Source: Candidatus Woesearchaeota archaeon (GTDB lineage Archaea; Nanobdellota; Nanobdellia; Woesearchaeales; ARS49). From it: a stretch of 64,000 bases of DNA. Made by a program: the position numbers and the translations under genes. Below, in pieces: positions 37,697 through 47,341 of the stretch; position 1 is the first letter of the stretch, and the number at the start of each line of letters is the position of its first letter. The stretch is from positions 266,220 through 330,219 of the forward strand of contig JAHWHZ010000001.1 of NCBI GenBank assembly GCA_019322895.1, given 5' to 3'. A model generated the notes under the pieces. It did no database searches, was not told the origin of the DNA, and saw only the letters and a list, made by a program, of their open reading frames with translations.

Positions 37697-38197
37697 TCAT
37701 TTGATAAACTTGTATTTCTTAAGGATTTCTTTCAGGTCTGCAAAGTCAGAGCTTTCCTTGAATTCTTTCAGCCGCTCTGGAGGCAGCTGCTTTATCAAGA
37801 ACAAGGCAATCTTTGCAGTATCCCTTAAATCTTTTAGCATGAGTTCTTTTGCCACCATTTCTTTTATTCTTCCCTCTTCCTCTTCTTCTATCAGCTTTTC
37901 TTTTTCAGCCAATTCTTTCTTGTGCGGCTGAGGAAACTTTATTCTTTCGATCAAGGTCCGCCAGATTGATTTTTTCTTGCCTGCAACTTCTTCTTCAAGA
38001 GTCTCTACTTTCTCTTCAACTGGTGCTGGCTTTTTTTCTTCTTCAGTATAAGTCTCTACTTCTGGGGGCACTTTAACAGGAGGTGGTGTCGGCTTTGGCA
38101 TGAAGCCTTTTATGACGCCAATTACATCTATCTTCTTTTTTTTCCTGCTTGAAAGGTATTCAGATAATTCCTTGTCAAACTCGTCTTTCCTCCCCAT
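37697..38197 (-). CDS. Hypothetical acidic protein with Pro-rich linker
   Basis: 166-aa ORF, E/K-rich with a PTPPPVKVPPE segment. Confidence 0.4.
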   Translation of the reverse strand: MGRKDEFDKELSEYLSSRKKKKIDVIGVIKGFMPKPTPPPVKVPPEVETYTEEEKKPAPVEEKVETLEEEVAGKKKSIWRTLIERIKFPQPHKKELAEKEKLIEEEEEGRIKEMVAKELMLKDLRDTAKIALFLIKQLPPERLKEFKESSDFADLKEILKKYKFIK

Positions 38198-38274
38198 ATT
38201 TCCAATAAAACAGGCCTTATTTATATACTTTACTCTTGAAAAGGTTTATATATCTTCAAATAAAAGCCCTTACT

Positions 38275-39114
38275 ATGAGAAATCCGGTGGTTTCAGGCGC
38301 TTTTTATGAATCTGATGCAGATAAGCTGAAAGACCAGATAAAGGGCTGCTTCTTGTCTGATTTTGGCCCTAGAAAACTGCCGGAAAAAATCCCAGAACAG
38401 GAACTTAAGGGCATTATTGTGCCGCACGCCGGATATTTATATTCCGGTCCTTGCGCAGCTTACTGCTATAAGGCTGTTGCAGAATCAAAAAGGCCTGATT
38501 TGTTCATCATTCTTGGCGTGTCTCATTCTGGCTTTAGCAGCTGCCTCAGCATGAAAGACTGGCAGACACCGTTAGGCACAGTCAAGGTCGACAAGGAGTT
38601 TGGAAAAGCATTGATTGAAAATGGCATTCCGCAGGATGAGACAGCGCATGCAAATGAACATTCTATTGAAGTCCAGCTGCCTTTTCTTCAGTTTGTTCTA
38701 AAGGATTTCAAATTCATACCAATAATTGTCTCTGATGATTTTGCTCAGATTGCAGAAATCATATTAAAAACTATAGAGCAGACAAAAAAGAATGTTATCA
38801 TCATTGCAAGCTCTGATTTCACGCATTATGGTGCAGAGTATGGCTATGTTCCTTTTGCAGAAAACATAAAAGAGAATCTCTACAAGATGGATGCAGGCGC
38901 AATAGAGGAAATAAAAAAAATGAGTTCCAAAGGATTTCTTGATTATGTAAATAAAACAGGTGCAACCATCTGCGGAAAACATGCTATTGCTGCCCTGCTT
39001 AACTGTCTGAAATCATCTAAAGCAGAATTATTGAAATATTACACTTCTGCAGATATAAGCAATAAAGATTATTCAATGGCAGTCGGTTATGCTGCGATTA
39101 AATTCAGAAAGTAA
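38275..39114 (+). CDS. MEMO1-family protein (AmmeMemoRadiSam system protein B)
   Basis: MRNPVVSGAFYESD...IIVPHAGYLYSGPCAAYCYKAV and the HANEHSIEVQLPF motif. First ATG (38275) is about 25 nt after TATA tttatata. Confidence 0.75.
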   Translation: MRNPVVSGAFYESDADKLKDQIKGCFLSDFGPRKLPEKIPEQELKGIIVPHAGYLYSGPCAAYCYKAVAESKRPDLFIILGVSHSGFSSCLSMKDWQTPLGTVKVDKEFGKALIENGIPQDETAHANEHSIEVQLPFLQFVLKDFKFIPIIVSDDFAQIAEIILKTIEQTKKNVIIIASSDFTHYGAEYGYVPFAENIKENLYKMDAGAIEEIKKMSSKGFLDYVNKTGATICGKHAIAALLNCLKSSKAELLKYYTSADISNKDYSMAVGYAAIKFRK

Positions 39115-39122
39115 TTTTGACA

Positions 39123-40100
39123 TTAATTAGCAGTTGAATAAAATCCTTCTTTGCTTGATATCTCGTCTGCAGACCTGTGCTCTACATGCTTTTTCTTGAC
39201 TGTGTTTATTGATAACAGGTCATAAAGCACAATTTCATTAGGCTGGTCATTGATAAAAGATTGAATCTTCACAGGAAGCCCGATTGTTTCATCATAAAAC
39301 ATTATCACTTGTTTATTGCTGTCCATGTATTCAAGCCTTTTAACTTTCCTTGGCCCCAGGTAATAATATCCAGTCTCTGTCTTTACTTCTGGATCAAGCG
39401 TATATACTTCAAACAGCCATTCGTCTGGTTTCTTGGTGTAGAATTGTCCATAGCTTACTGGGAATGGGATGTCTATGATGTCTAATTCTGCACATCTTCT
39501 TTTGCCAAGCCGCGGATCATTGCCTTCACAATAACCTGTTGCAGTTTTATTTAATATATCCAGATATATTGTATCTACCACGAACAAAGGATAATCCTTG
39601 CCTTGTATCCGCTGGTTCACAAACTGTCTTGATTCAGAAAGTTTTATCTTGATATGATTGCCGTAAATAAAATACCAGTCACTATTATGATTATATTTGT
39701 AGCTCTCTACCTCTTCAGTGTATGTTTTCATCAGGCTCTTCAATAGGTCAGAAGCATCAATTGATCCTGTTGTCTTCTCAAATTCTTCTATATCCTCTTC
39801 AGTCACTTCTGCTGTTACTGTTCCTGTTATCTCCTGCTTTATTTCTTCTTTTTCTTCTTTTGGCTTTTCTTTTTTCTTTGAAGTATCTACTTCAATGGGC
39901 TCTTTTTCCTCAACAAATATCTCTGCTTCTTTTTCTTCTGTCTCATTTTGCTCAGAATCACAGACATTATCATCATCTAAGTCAATGCAGCAGCCACCGT
40001 CTTTTGGAATAAACGGCTTCTCGCAGTCCTGTACAGCAGGCCCGCAGCTGACTAACAGAAGTAATGCGCAAATCAATGCAAATAGTATAAGCTTCCTCAT
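39123..40100 (-). CDS. Secreted lipoprotein with Cys-rich N-terminus and acidic linker
   Basis: Signal peptide with lipobox LLLVSCGP. 325 aa. Confidence 0.45.
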   Translation of the reverse strand: MRKLILFALICALLLLVSCGPAVQDCEKPFIPKDGGCCIDLDDDNVCDSEQNETEEKEAEIFVEEKEPIEVDTSKKKEKPKEEKEEIKQEITGTVTAEVTEEDIEEFEKTTGSIDASDLLKSLMKTYTEEVESYKYNHNSDWYFIYGNHIKIKLSESRQFVNQRIQGKDYPLFVVDTIYLDILNKTATGYCEGNDPRLGKRRCAELDIIDIPFPVSYGQFYTKKPDEWLFEVYTLDPEVKTETGYYYLGPRKVKRLEYMDSNKQVIMFYDETIGLPVKIQSFINDQPNEIVLYDLLSINTVKKKHVEHRSADEISSKEGFYSTAN

Positions 40101-40185
40101 GAAAACAATTCATGCCAGCAGGTATTTAAATTTTTCCAAAAAGTATATATACTCCTGGGTATAGTCATAAATAGGTGATTAAAAA

Positions 40186-41901
40186 GTGAAAAATCTTGAG
40201 ATTGCCAAAATTTTTTTTGAGATGGCAGACATCCTGGATATGCAGGGTGTGGAATGGAAGCCGCGGGCATACAGGAGAGCTGCGCAGGCTATTGAGACCA
40301 GTTCTAAGGATGTTGAAACAATATATAATCAAGGAGGCTTAAAAGCTCTGCAGGAAATTCCAGGCGTAGGCGTTGCTATTGCAAAAAAGATTGAGGAATT
40401 CATCAAGACAGGAAAAGTAAAGGAATACAATCGCATGAAAAAAGGCATTCCTCCTGGTGTGGAAAAAATGATGCACATTCCTGGTATGGGTGCAAAAAAA
40501 GCGCTTGTTTTGTATAAGAAGCTCAAGATAAAGTCTATCAAGGACCTTGAGAAAGCTGCAAAAGCAGGGAAAATCAGGAAACTTCCAAGATTCGGGGCAA
40601 AAAGCGAGGAAGATATACTGCGCGGAATAGGGATATTCAAGACTGGCTTGAAAAGAATGCTTCTTGGAAAAGCCTGGCCAATTGCGCAGGAAGTGATCTC
40701 TAATCTTAAGAAAGTCCGAGAAATAAAGAAAATAAGTCTTGCTGGAAGTGCAAGGCGCAGGAAAGAGACTGTAGGGGACCTTGATATTCTGGCTGTTTCA
40801 TCAAATCCAAAAAAAGCAATGGATTTTTTTACAAAGATGCCTGCTGTTGCAAATATCATCGCAAAAGGCCCTACAAAGTCATCCATACGGCTGAATGAAG
40901 GCATCAATTGTGATTTCCGCGTTGTGGAAGAAAAGAGCTTTGGATCTGCAATGCAGTATTTTACTGGCTCTAAAGATCATAATATACGCTGCAGGCAGAT
41001 TGCAATCAAGAAAAAACTCAAGCTTAATGAGTATGGCTTGTTCAGTGTAAAGACAAAAAAATACATCTGTGGAAAAACAGAGACAGAAGTTTACAAAAAG
41101 CTGGGAATGCAGTATATTCCTCCAGAACTAAGGGAAAATCGCGGGGAAATCGAAGCTGCCTTGAAAAACAAGCTTCCAAAACTCATTGGTTATAAAGATA
41201 TCAAGGGAGACTTGCAGATGCATACAAAATACAGTGATGGAGTCAATACAATTGAACAGATGGCAAGAAAAGCTATGCAGATGGGCTATGAATATATTGC
41301 AATAACAGACCATAGCAAAAGTGAAAAGATTGCCCATGGAATGACTGAAAAGCAGCTGACAAAATATCTTGCAGAGATTGACAAGATAAACAAGAAGATT
41401 AAAGGAATCAAAATATTGAAAGGATCAGAGGTGGATATTCTGCCAGACGGCTCTCTGGATTATTCAGATGCTTACCTGAAAAAATTAGACGTGGTTATTG
41501 CTGCTGTTCATTCAAGATTCAAGAGCTCGCAGGCTGAGATGACAAAGAGGATACTAAAAGCATTGGAGAACAGGTATGTCAATATCCTCGCGCATCCTAC
41601 TGGCAGGGTGATAAATGCCAGAAGGCCTTATGCAATCAATCTGGACAAAGTTTTCGATGCCTGCAAGGCAAATAATGTCTGGCCTGAAATCAATGCCTTT
41701 CCATCAAGGCTTGACTTGAATGATGCGAATACAAAAGAGGCAATAGAAAGAGGTGTAAAACTCACGATTAATACAGACAGTCACAGCACAGACCATCTGC
41801 GGTATATGGAATTTGGTATTGCTACTGCCAGAAGAGGGTGGGCAAGAAAAAGAGACATAATAAATTCTTTGCCCTGGAAAAAGTTCGAAAAGCTTTTATA
41901 A
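40186..41901 (+). CDS. polX: Family X DNA polymerase (Pol beta-like) with C-terminal PHP phosphoesterase domain
   Basis: Helix-hairpin-helix and Pol beta core (GSARRRKETVGDLDIL) plus a PHP domain (ITDHSKS..HPTGR). Starts on GTG. Confidence 0.85.
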   Translation: MKNLEIAKIFFEMADILDMQGVEWKPRAYRRAAQAIETSSKDVETIYNQGGLKALQEIPGVGVAIAKKIEEFIKTGKVKEYNRMKKGIPPGVEKMMHIPGMGAKKALVLYKKLKIKSIKDLEKAAKAGKIRKLPRFGAKSEEDILRGIGIFKTGLKRMLLGKAWPIAQEVISNLKKVREIKKISLAGSARRRKETVGDLDILAVSSNPKKAMDFFTKMPAVANIIAKGPTKSSIRLNEGINCDFRVVEEKSFGSAMQYFTGSKDHNIRCRQIAIKKKLKLNEYGLFSVKTKKYICGKTETEVYKKLGMQYIPPELRENRGEIEAALKNKLPKLIGYKDIKGDLQMHTKYSDGVNTIEQMARKAMQMGYEYIAITDHSKSEKIAHGMTEKQLTKYLAEIDKINKKIKGIKILKGSEVDILPDGSLDYSDAYLKKLDVVIAAVHSRFKSSQAEMTKRILKALENRYVNILAHPTGRVINARRPYAINLDKVFDACKANNVWPEINAFPSRLDLNDANTKEAIERGVKLTINTDSHSTDHLRYMEFGIATARRGWARKRDIINSLPWKKFEKLL

Positions 41902-41922
41902 TACAATAAGAAATGTGATATC

Positions 41923-42198
41923 ATGGCATTCAAAGAAGTTATAAAGAAAAAAGTGCCCGGATATGTCCAGGCAACTCCTGAATTCAATGTATTTCTTGCA
42001 TTGGTGAAGAAAGAAAACATCAAAGGTCCTGCATCATTAAGGACATATCTTGACGCAAATATCAAGAAAATCAAAACAGACATCAAAGAGATGAACAAGG
42101 CAAATAAAGAAGGAACCATGACAAGGCGCCTCAGGCCTATGACAAAAAAGCTTGATTTCTTGATGCTGGTCAAAAATAAAATCCTGAAGTATTTTTGA
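41923..42198 (+). CDS. Hypothetical protein (91 aa)
   Basis: ORF between polX and the LigD-PE gene with no recognised motifs. Confidence 0.35.
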   Translation: MAFKEVIKKKVPGYVQATPEFNVFLALVKKENIKGPASLRTYLDANIKKIKTDIKEMNKANKEGTMTRRLRPMTKKLDFLMLVKNKILKYF

Positions 42199-42200
42199 AA

Positions 42201-42560
42201 ATGCCAATCTTTGTTGTTCATAAGCATCATGCAACCCATCTTCATTGGGATTTGCGCCTGTCAATGCGAGGTGTTCTTAAGTCCTGGGCAGTTCCAAAGC
42301 AGCCTCCGTTAAAAAAAGGCATCAAGCGCCTGGCTGTTCAAGTGACAGACCATCCGCTCTCTTATGCAAAGTTTGAAGGAACCATCCCTAAAGGACAGTA
42401 CGGCGCAGGAAAAGTGAAGATTTGGGACAAGGGGACTTATTCTCTCGTCGAGAAAACAAAGAACAAGATAATTGTGAACTTCAAGGGAAAAAAGCTCAAA
42501 GGAGAGTATTGCCTGATTCTGTTTAGGCCGCCCAAGAACTGGCTGTTTTTCAAGAAATAA
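42201..42560 (+). CDS. Standalone LigD-type 3'-phosphoesterase (PE) domain protein
   Basis: HKHHATHLHWDLRL, GVLKSWAVPK and LAVQVTDHPLSYAKFEGTIPKGQYGAGKVKIWDKGTY match the LigD PE domain signature. First ATG is at 42201. Confidence 0.75.
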   Translation: MPIFVVHKHHATHLHWDLRLSMRGVLKSWAVPKQPPLKKGIKRLAVQVTDHPLSYAKFEGTIPKGQYGAGKVKIWDKGTYSLVEKTKNKIIVNFKGKKLKGEYCLILFRPPKNWLFFKK

Positions 42561-42573
42561 GAGATGACTTTTG

Positions 42574-42915
42574 ATGATAAGGAATATAACAAAGAAAACT
42601 GAAATCGCAAAAGATTTCAAGAAATGCAGAAGCATCTTGTCTAAAGCATTTGGTCTTATGCTTAAAAATAACATAACTCCTTTGGTTTTTATGTTCAAGA
42701 AAGAAAAATCAATCCCAATTCACACTCTTTTGGTCAGAAAGCCTATTGATTTGATATATTTAAACAGGCAGATGAAAGTTGTAGACCTTAAAGAAAGCCT
42801 CTTGCCGTATCGTTTCTACACGCCAAAGAGGCGGGCCATGTTTGTTCTTGAGCTTCCAGCAGGCTTTATAAGCAGATCAAGAACATCTATAGGGGATTTA
42901 GTAAACTTTAAATAA
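42574..42915 (+). CDS. DUF192-family protein
   Basis: IDLIYLNRQMKVVD...AMFVLELPAGF is a DUF192-like pattern. Confidence 0.55.
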   Translation: MIRNITKKTEIAKDFKKCRSILSKAFGLMLKNNITPLVFMFKKEKSIPIHTLLVRKPIDLIYLNRQMKVVDLKESLLPYRFYTPKRRAMFVLELPAGFISRSRTSIGDLVNFK

Positions 42916-42941
42916 CAACCAAGAATTCTGAGTATAGTATC

Positions 42942-43058
42942 GGGGACGTAGTATAACCTGGCTATTATTTCCGGCTCCAGTCATGGAGCGATGAGCCGCA
43001 AGGCAATGATTACTATGGAAGATACCGGACGATCGGGGTTCAAATCCCTGCGTCCCCA
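42942..43058 (+). tRNA. tRNA-Trp (anticodon CCA) with a 43-nt intron at the canonical 37/38 position (about 42981-43023)
   Basis: Acceptor GGGGACG/CGTCCCC; anticodon stem TCCGG/CCGGA with loop CTCCAG|intron|A; T-arm CGGGG TTCAAAT CCCTG. The intron contains GATGA and TGAT motifs. Confidence 0.7.
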
Positions 43059-43079
43059 CTTATATTCAACAAGTGCAAA

Positions 43080-43802
43080 ATGACTAAACTCAAGATTCTG
43101 CTTTTCAATATGGGTTATGGATTGGGGCTAGATGGCTCCACAAAAGATTATGCCCTTAAATGGTACAGATACTTACATTGCCCAAATAATATTAAAGAAA
43201 AGGTCCTCAAAGGAGTAAAAAGCCTTATCAAAAGTAAAAAGCCAGATATTTGCTGTCTTATTGAAATCGAAGGACCTCATGCAGATTATTTTAGCAAAGA
43301 TTGCAGATATTTTGATATAACTAACAAATATGGTCCAAAAAGCACATTGTCAAAGCTTCCTAATTTTCGCAAAAAAAGTAATGCTATTTTCTCTAGAAAA
43401 AAATATAAAATCAAGAGAAGATTCCTGAAAAATGGCACTAAAAAATTGCTTTATGAGATTTCTCTCCCAAAAGACGTTACTTTGTTCATGACACATTTTT
43501 CATTGTCAAGAAACACCCGCAAAAAACAGTTCACAGAAATAAAAAAACTTATTAAAAGCCAAAAAAAGGTTATTGTCTGCGGCGATTTCAATATTTTTAA
43601 TGGTTTCAAGGAATTAGAACCTCTTTTGTCAAATACAGGTTTAAATATCGTCGGTAAAAACAACAAGACTTTCCCTGCATGCAACCCTAAAAAAGCACTA
43701 GACCTGTTCCTTTGCTCAAAAAAGATAAAAATTAAAAGCTGTAAAGTGATTAATAAGAAACTTTCAGACCACCTTCCAGTAATGTTGGAAATAGAAATAT
43801 GA
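43080..43802 (+). CDS. Endonuclease/exonuclease/phosphatase (EEP) family protein
   Basis: DICCLIEIEG, VIVCGDFNIF and SDHLPVMLEIEI motifs. Confidence 0.7.
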   Translation: MTKLKILLFNMGYGLGLDGSTKDYALKWYRYLHCPNNIKEKVLKGVKSLIKSKKPDICCLIEIEGPHADYFSKDCRYFDITNKYGPKSTLSKLPNFRKKSNAIFSRKKYKIKRRFLKNGTKKLLYEISLPKDVTLFMTHFSLSRNTRKKQFTEIKKLIKSQKKVIVCGDFNIFNGFKELEPLLSNTGLNIVGKNNKTFPACNPKKALDLFLCSKKIKIKSCKVINKKLSDHLPVMLEIEI

Positions 43803-44320
43803 AAAAAATAATCAATATTCCAAACACTCTTTCAATCTTGCGTTTAGTTTTTGGAATTTTAATCATCTTGCAGTTTGATTCTTGGCTTAAATATGTCTAT
43901 CTTACTATCGCTATACTTCTTGATGCTTTAGATGGATATGCTGCAAGAAAACTTAATCAAGTGACAAAAATAGGCGGAATCATTGACCCTGTGGTCGATA
44001 AAATATTTGTTTTGATGCTTTTCGTATTTATATATCTTAAGCTAAGCTTGCCTGTTTACTATATCCTATTTTTCTTCATAAGAGATATATTTACTATTCT
44101 TGCTTGGCTGTTTGTCTTAAAGAATGGCAAGGCTAGAAAATTAGAGGCAAAAGCAAGACTTTCTGGAAAGATAGTTACAGGTCTTCAATTTCTCACTCTG
44201 ATCTTCTTGGTAATGAAAAATCTTTTATTAATTAAAATCGGAATGTATGCTATATTCATAGCAGCATTGATTAGTATTATTGATTATATTCAATATTACC
44301 GGAGGAAAACAAATGCTTAA
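43799..44320 (+). CDS. CDP-alcohol phosphatidyltransferase family protein
   Basis: DALDGYAARKLNQVTKIGGIIDPVVDKIFV fits D-G-x2-A-R-x8-G-x3-D-x3-D. Multi-TM. ATG overlaps the previous stop. Confidence 0.75.
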   Translation: MKKIINIPNTLSILRLVFGILIILQFDSWLKYVYLTIAILLDALDGYAARKLNQVTKIGGIIDPVVDKIFVLMLFVFIYLKLSLPVYYILFFFIRDIFTILAWLFVLKNGKARKLEAKARLSGKIVTGLQFLTLIFLVMKNLLLIKIGMYAIFIAALISIIDYIQYYRRKTNA

Positions 44321-44849
44321 CTTAATCATAAGTGTTTTTTGGTTTTTGCTGCCTGCAGGAATCGCCAATATGAGCCCGGTTTTATTTAAATGGCTTCCTT
44401 TTTTGGCAGTTCCTGTGGATTTTAACAAAAAATTCAGAAAAAAACCTATTTTTGGCAAGAACAAGACTTGGAGAGGGCTTGTCTGCGGCACCATAATAGC
44501 GATTCTAATAGTTTATCTGCAAAAATTGCTTTACCCATACATGCAGAGCTATTCTTTGGTTGACTATTCAACAACAAACGTGTTTTTGCTTGGTTTTTTG
44601 CTTGGTTTTGGCGCTTTACTGGGCGATCTTGTAGAAAGTTTTGTAAAAAGACAGAGAAATACTGCTCCTGGCAAGTCCTGGCCACCTTGGGATCAGATTG
44701 ATTGGATTATTGGTGCATTGTTATTTTCCAGCTTCTTGGTGGCATTATCAGTATCAGAAATAATCATTGCATTTGTTTTGTTTGGACTGCTGCATCCATT
44801 GATTAATCTGCTAGGTTATGCATTAAGAATCAAGAAAAATAAGTTTTAA
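44313..44849 (+). CDS. carS: CDP-archaeol synthase (CarS, DUF46 family)
   Basis: Multi-TM protein with a KTWRG-containing loop. SD GGAGG lies 7 nt upstream of the ATG. Overlaps the previous gene by 8 nt, suggesting an operon. Confidence 0.7.
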   Translation: MLNLIISVFWFLLPAGIANMSPVLFKWLPFLAVPVDFNKKFRKKPIFGKNKTWRGLVCGTIIAILIVYLQKLLYPYMQSYSLVDYSTTNVFLLGFLLGFGALLGDLVESFVKRQRNTAPGKSWPPWDQIDWIIGALLFSSFLVALSVSEIIIAFVLFGLLHPLINLLGYALRIKKNKF

Positions 44850-44852
44850 TGT

Positions 44853-47285
44853 TTATTCTTCATTCAGCCATTTCATAACAGGCTTTCTTAGAATAAGAAT
44901 TGCTATCAATACAATCAATAATATCACGCCGACAAGAACATATTTCAAATATCCGACATATTCCTTAGGAAACAATGTTTTCTTGACTACCAGTCTTACT
45001 GGATTGCTTTGTATCTCCCCGCCTTTGCCGTCTGAGGCTGTGAATGTTATTGTTCTCTGGCCAGACCATAAATAATCTGGCATGAAGTATGCAGTGCCGT
45101 CTTTTACCCACACATTTATGTTAGTGACATCATTAAATGTGAATTCAAGAGTGTCTCCATCAGGATCATTGAAGTATTTCTTTAAGTCAAGGCTGTGCTG
45201 TGTATCTTGGTCCCACATCTGCGCAGGTATTCCTTTGACATGTATTGGAGAATCTGCAACTAATATTGCTGTGATTCCTCCGCCGATTACAGCGAGTATT
45301 ATCAGGGCAAGCACTGCTATCCAGTATGGCTTGTATCTTTCTTTTGCACTTGTTTTTCCGACGATTGCAAACTGTCCAAAGCAGTCTGTGGTTGTCTTGT
45401 AATAGACATATTTGCTGTCAGCGCCTTCTCTTATTGTTTTCAGCTTGGTGTAGCTGCCACTTTTCAATAATGCCAATGCAATGTCATTTTCTTTTACTTC
45501 TCTTTTCTTGAGCCATCTCTTGCTGACCTTGAACCTGTATCTGCTTTCTTTCACGTCAATATCCTGCACAGAGGATTTTATCCTGAAATATTTGTATACA
45601 AAGTCTTTTGGATGCACGTATTTGGCATGCCTTGTTCTCCCTTGTTTTGCCGTGACTTTGACTCTTTTTGCAGGCGAATCCAGCTTAAAGCTCAGTTGAT
45701 GCAGGCCTTTTCTCCAGTTGATATTCATCAAGAGCATTTCATTTGCCAGTACCAATCCTCTCCAGCGGGCAGTTACTTTTTTCAGCCTTGTCAGCCTGTT
45801 CAGTACGAAAAGTACAGCCAAGATAACCAGGCCAATTAATACATAGTATTTATTTGCCCACAACAAGATTCTTAATTTGATAACTACAAGTATTACTATT
45901 AATATAATAAAGAACATAACAAGATTGAACACCCATCTTGTTGATATTTTTCTTTTGCCTTCTATGATGTCTTGTTTTGAGATCAGTTCATATTCTGATT
46001 TTATCTGCTTGTCATATTTCTGCACAGCTTTTTCACGCGCTTTATTGAGCTCTTTTTCTTTTTTCTGCTTTGCTTTCTCTTTTTCTGCCTTTATTTTCTC
46101 TTTCTGTTTTCGCAATTCTTCTTTTTTCTTTGCACGCTCTCTTTTTCTTTTTGCTCTTGCAAGCTTTGCTTCCTCGCTTGTCAATCTATTGACAACAAAA
46201 TATATCCCGATTACCAAAAGAATAAACAAGATTATTCCGCCGATTGTGTAAACAAGGTATTCGGAGAATAATTTGCCTAATACTGTCGGGCTTTTTAATT
46301 TTATTACAATCTCTTTTGAGAATTTTGCCTTATCCTGGTCTGTCAAGGTTATTTTTACTGGATAATCTCCCTTGTCCAGCCCTTGCAAAGGCTTGATGAA
46401 TAGTATGAAATCCTGACTGTCTTTTGCTTCTATGTCCAGCAGTGTCGTGCTTGCTGTTATCCAGCTTGGGCCGTCTATATCTACTGTATACTGCTTTGCT
46501 TCATCATATGTATTGAATACTTTCAGCTCTGCTGCGCTTTCTTCCAAAAGGTTTGTCTTTATTGAGTTTACTCCTTCTGCAATTACAGGCACTCCTGTGT
46601 CTTTTATCTCTAATTGAAGGTCCATCTCTGCTATTGTTCCTGTTTTTTCAGCAGCTGCTGTAAATACTATATTGTAATTTCCAATTTTCTCGCAGTTCTT
46701 TGGGTTTATCTCAACTGTTATGTCTTTTGAAGAGTTTGCTTGGAGAGTTATTTTGTCTTGGCTAAAGGTTGCTTCATTCTTGAAGTTGTTAACCGTGAAA
46801 GAATATGTTTCTGTGAATGATTCTGGATTAACTATTGTCAGATTATATAGCGCGCTCTGGCATGGCGCGATTGATTGTGAGAAGACATTTGCGATAATAT
46901 CGACATTAAGTGGCTTTTTGACTGTTATGTCCTGCAAAATCACTTTCTCAAGCCCGTAGGATGTCAAAATATAGATATCAAGCGTGTAATCATCATATGC
47001 ATCGCATGGTGCTGTCAAGAAGCTCTGCACATCCATGGACTGGCCTGGAGCAAGTTTAAAGCTTGCTGGCGCAAATTGTATCCATTCTGCTGCTGTGCCG
47101 TCAACCTCAAGGTAATATGTACTCTCAATATCTCCTGTATTTGTTATTGTTATAGGAAACTTATGCGTGGTGCACTGGTATGTCTTTATTATTACAGAGC
47201 CAAATGCCTCAAAATCTTCCTGCTGAGCATTTGCTGTAGTTAAAATCAGAATGAAAATCAATAATATGAGCAGCAGTTTTTTCAT
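44853..47285 (-). CDS. Large secreted/membrane surface protein (810 aa) with a K/E-rich coiled segment
   Basis: Signal peptide, beta-rich N-terminal domains, internal TM helices flanking a lysine-rich helical stretch, and a C-terminal TM helix. Confidence 0.45.
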   Translation of the reverse strand: MKKLLLILLIFILILTTANAQQEDFEAFGSVIIKTYQCTTHKFPITITNTGDIESTYYLEVDGTAAEWIQFAPASFKLAPGQSMDVQSFLTAPCDAYDDYTLDIYILTSYGLEKVILQDITVKKPLNVDIIANVFSQSIAPCQSALYNLTIVNPESFTETYSFTVNNFKNEATFSQDKITLQANSSKDITVEINPKNCEKIGNYNIVFTAAAEKTGTIAEMDLQLEIKDTGVPVIAEGVNSIKTNLLEESAAELKVFNTYDEAKQYTVDIDGPSWITASTTLLDIEAKDSQDFILFIKPLQGLDKGDYPVKITLTDQDKAKFSKEIVIKLKSPTVLGKLFSEYLVYTIGGIILFILLVIGIYFVVNRLTSEEAKLARAKRKRERAKKKEELRKQKEKIKAEKEKAKQKKEKELNKAREKAVQKYDKQIKSEYELISKQDIIEGKRKISTRWVFNLVMFFIILIVILVVIKLRILLWANKYYVLIGLVILAVLFVLNRLTRLKKVTARWRGLVLANEMLLMNINWRKGLHQLSFKLDSPAKRVKVTAKQGRTRHAKYVHPKDFVYKYFRIKSSVQDIDVKESRYRFKVSKRWLKKREVKENDIALALLKSGSYTKLKTIREGADSKYVYYKTTTDCFGQFAIVGKTSAKERYKPYWIAVLALIILAVIGGGITAILVADSPIHVKGIPAQMWDQDTQHSLDLKKYFNDPDGDTLEFTFNDVTNINVWVKDGTAYFMPDYLWSGQRTITFTASDGKGGEIQSNPVRLVVKKTLFPKEYVGYLKYVLVGVILLIVLIAILILRKPVMKWLNEE

Positions 47286-47341
47286 TTTATATAGTCCCCT
47301 GTGAGATAAGTTTTAGGTAAATGGAGAAAAAGAAAAAAAAT

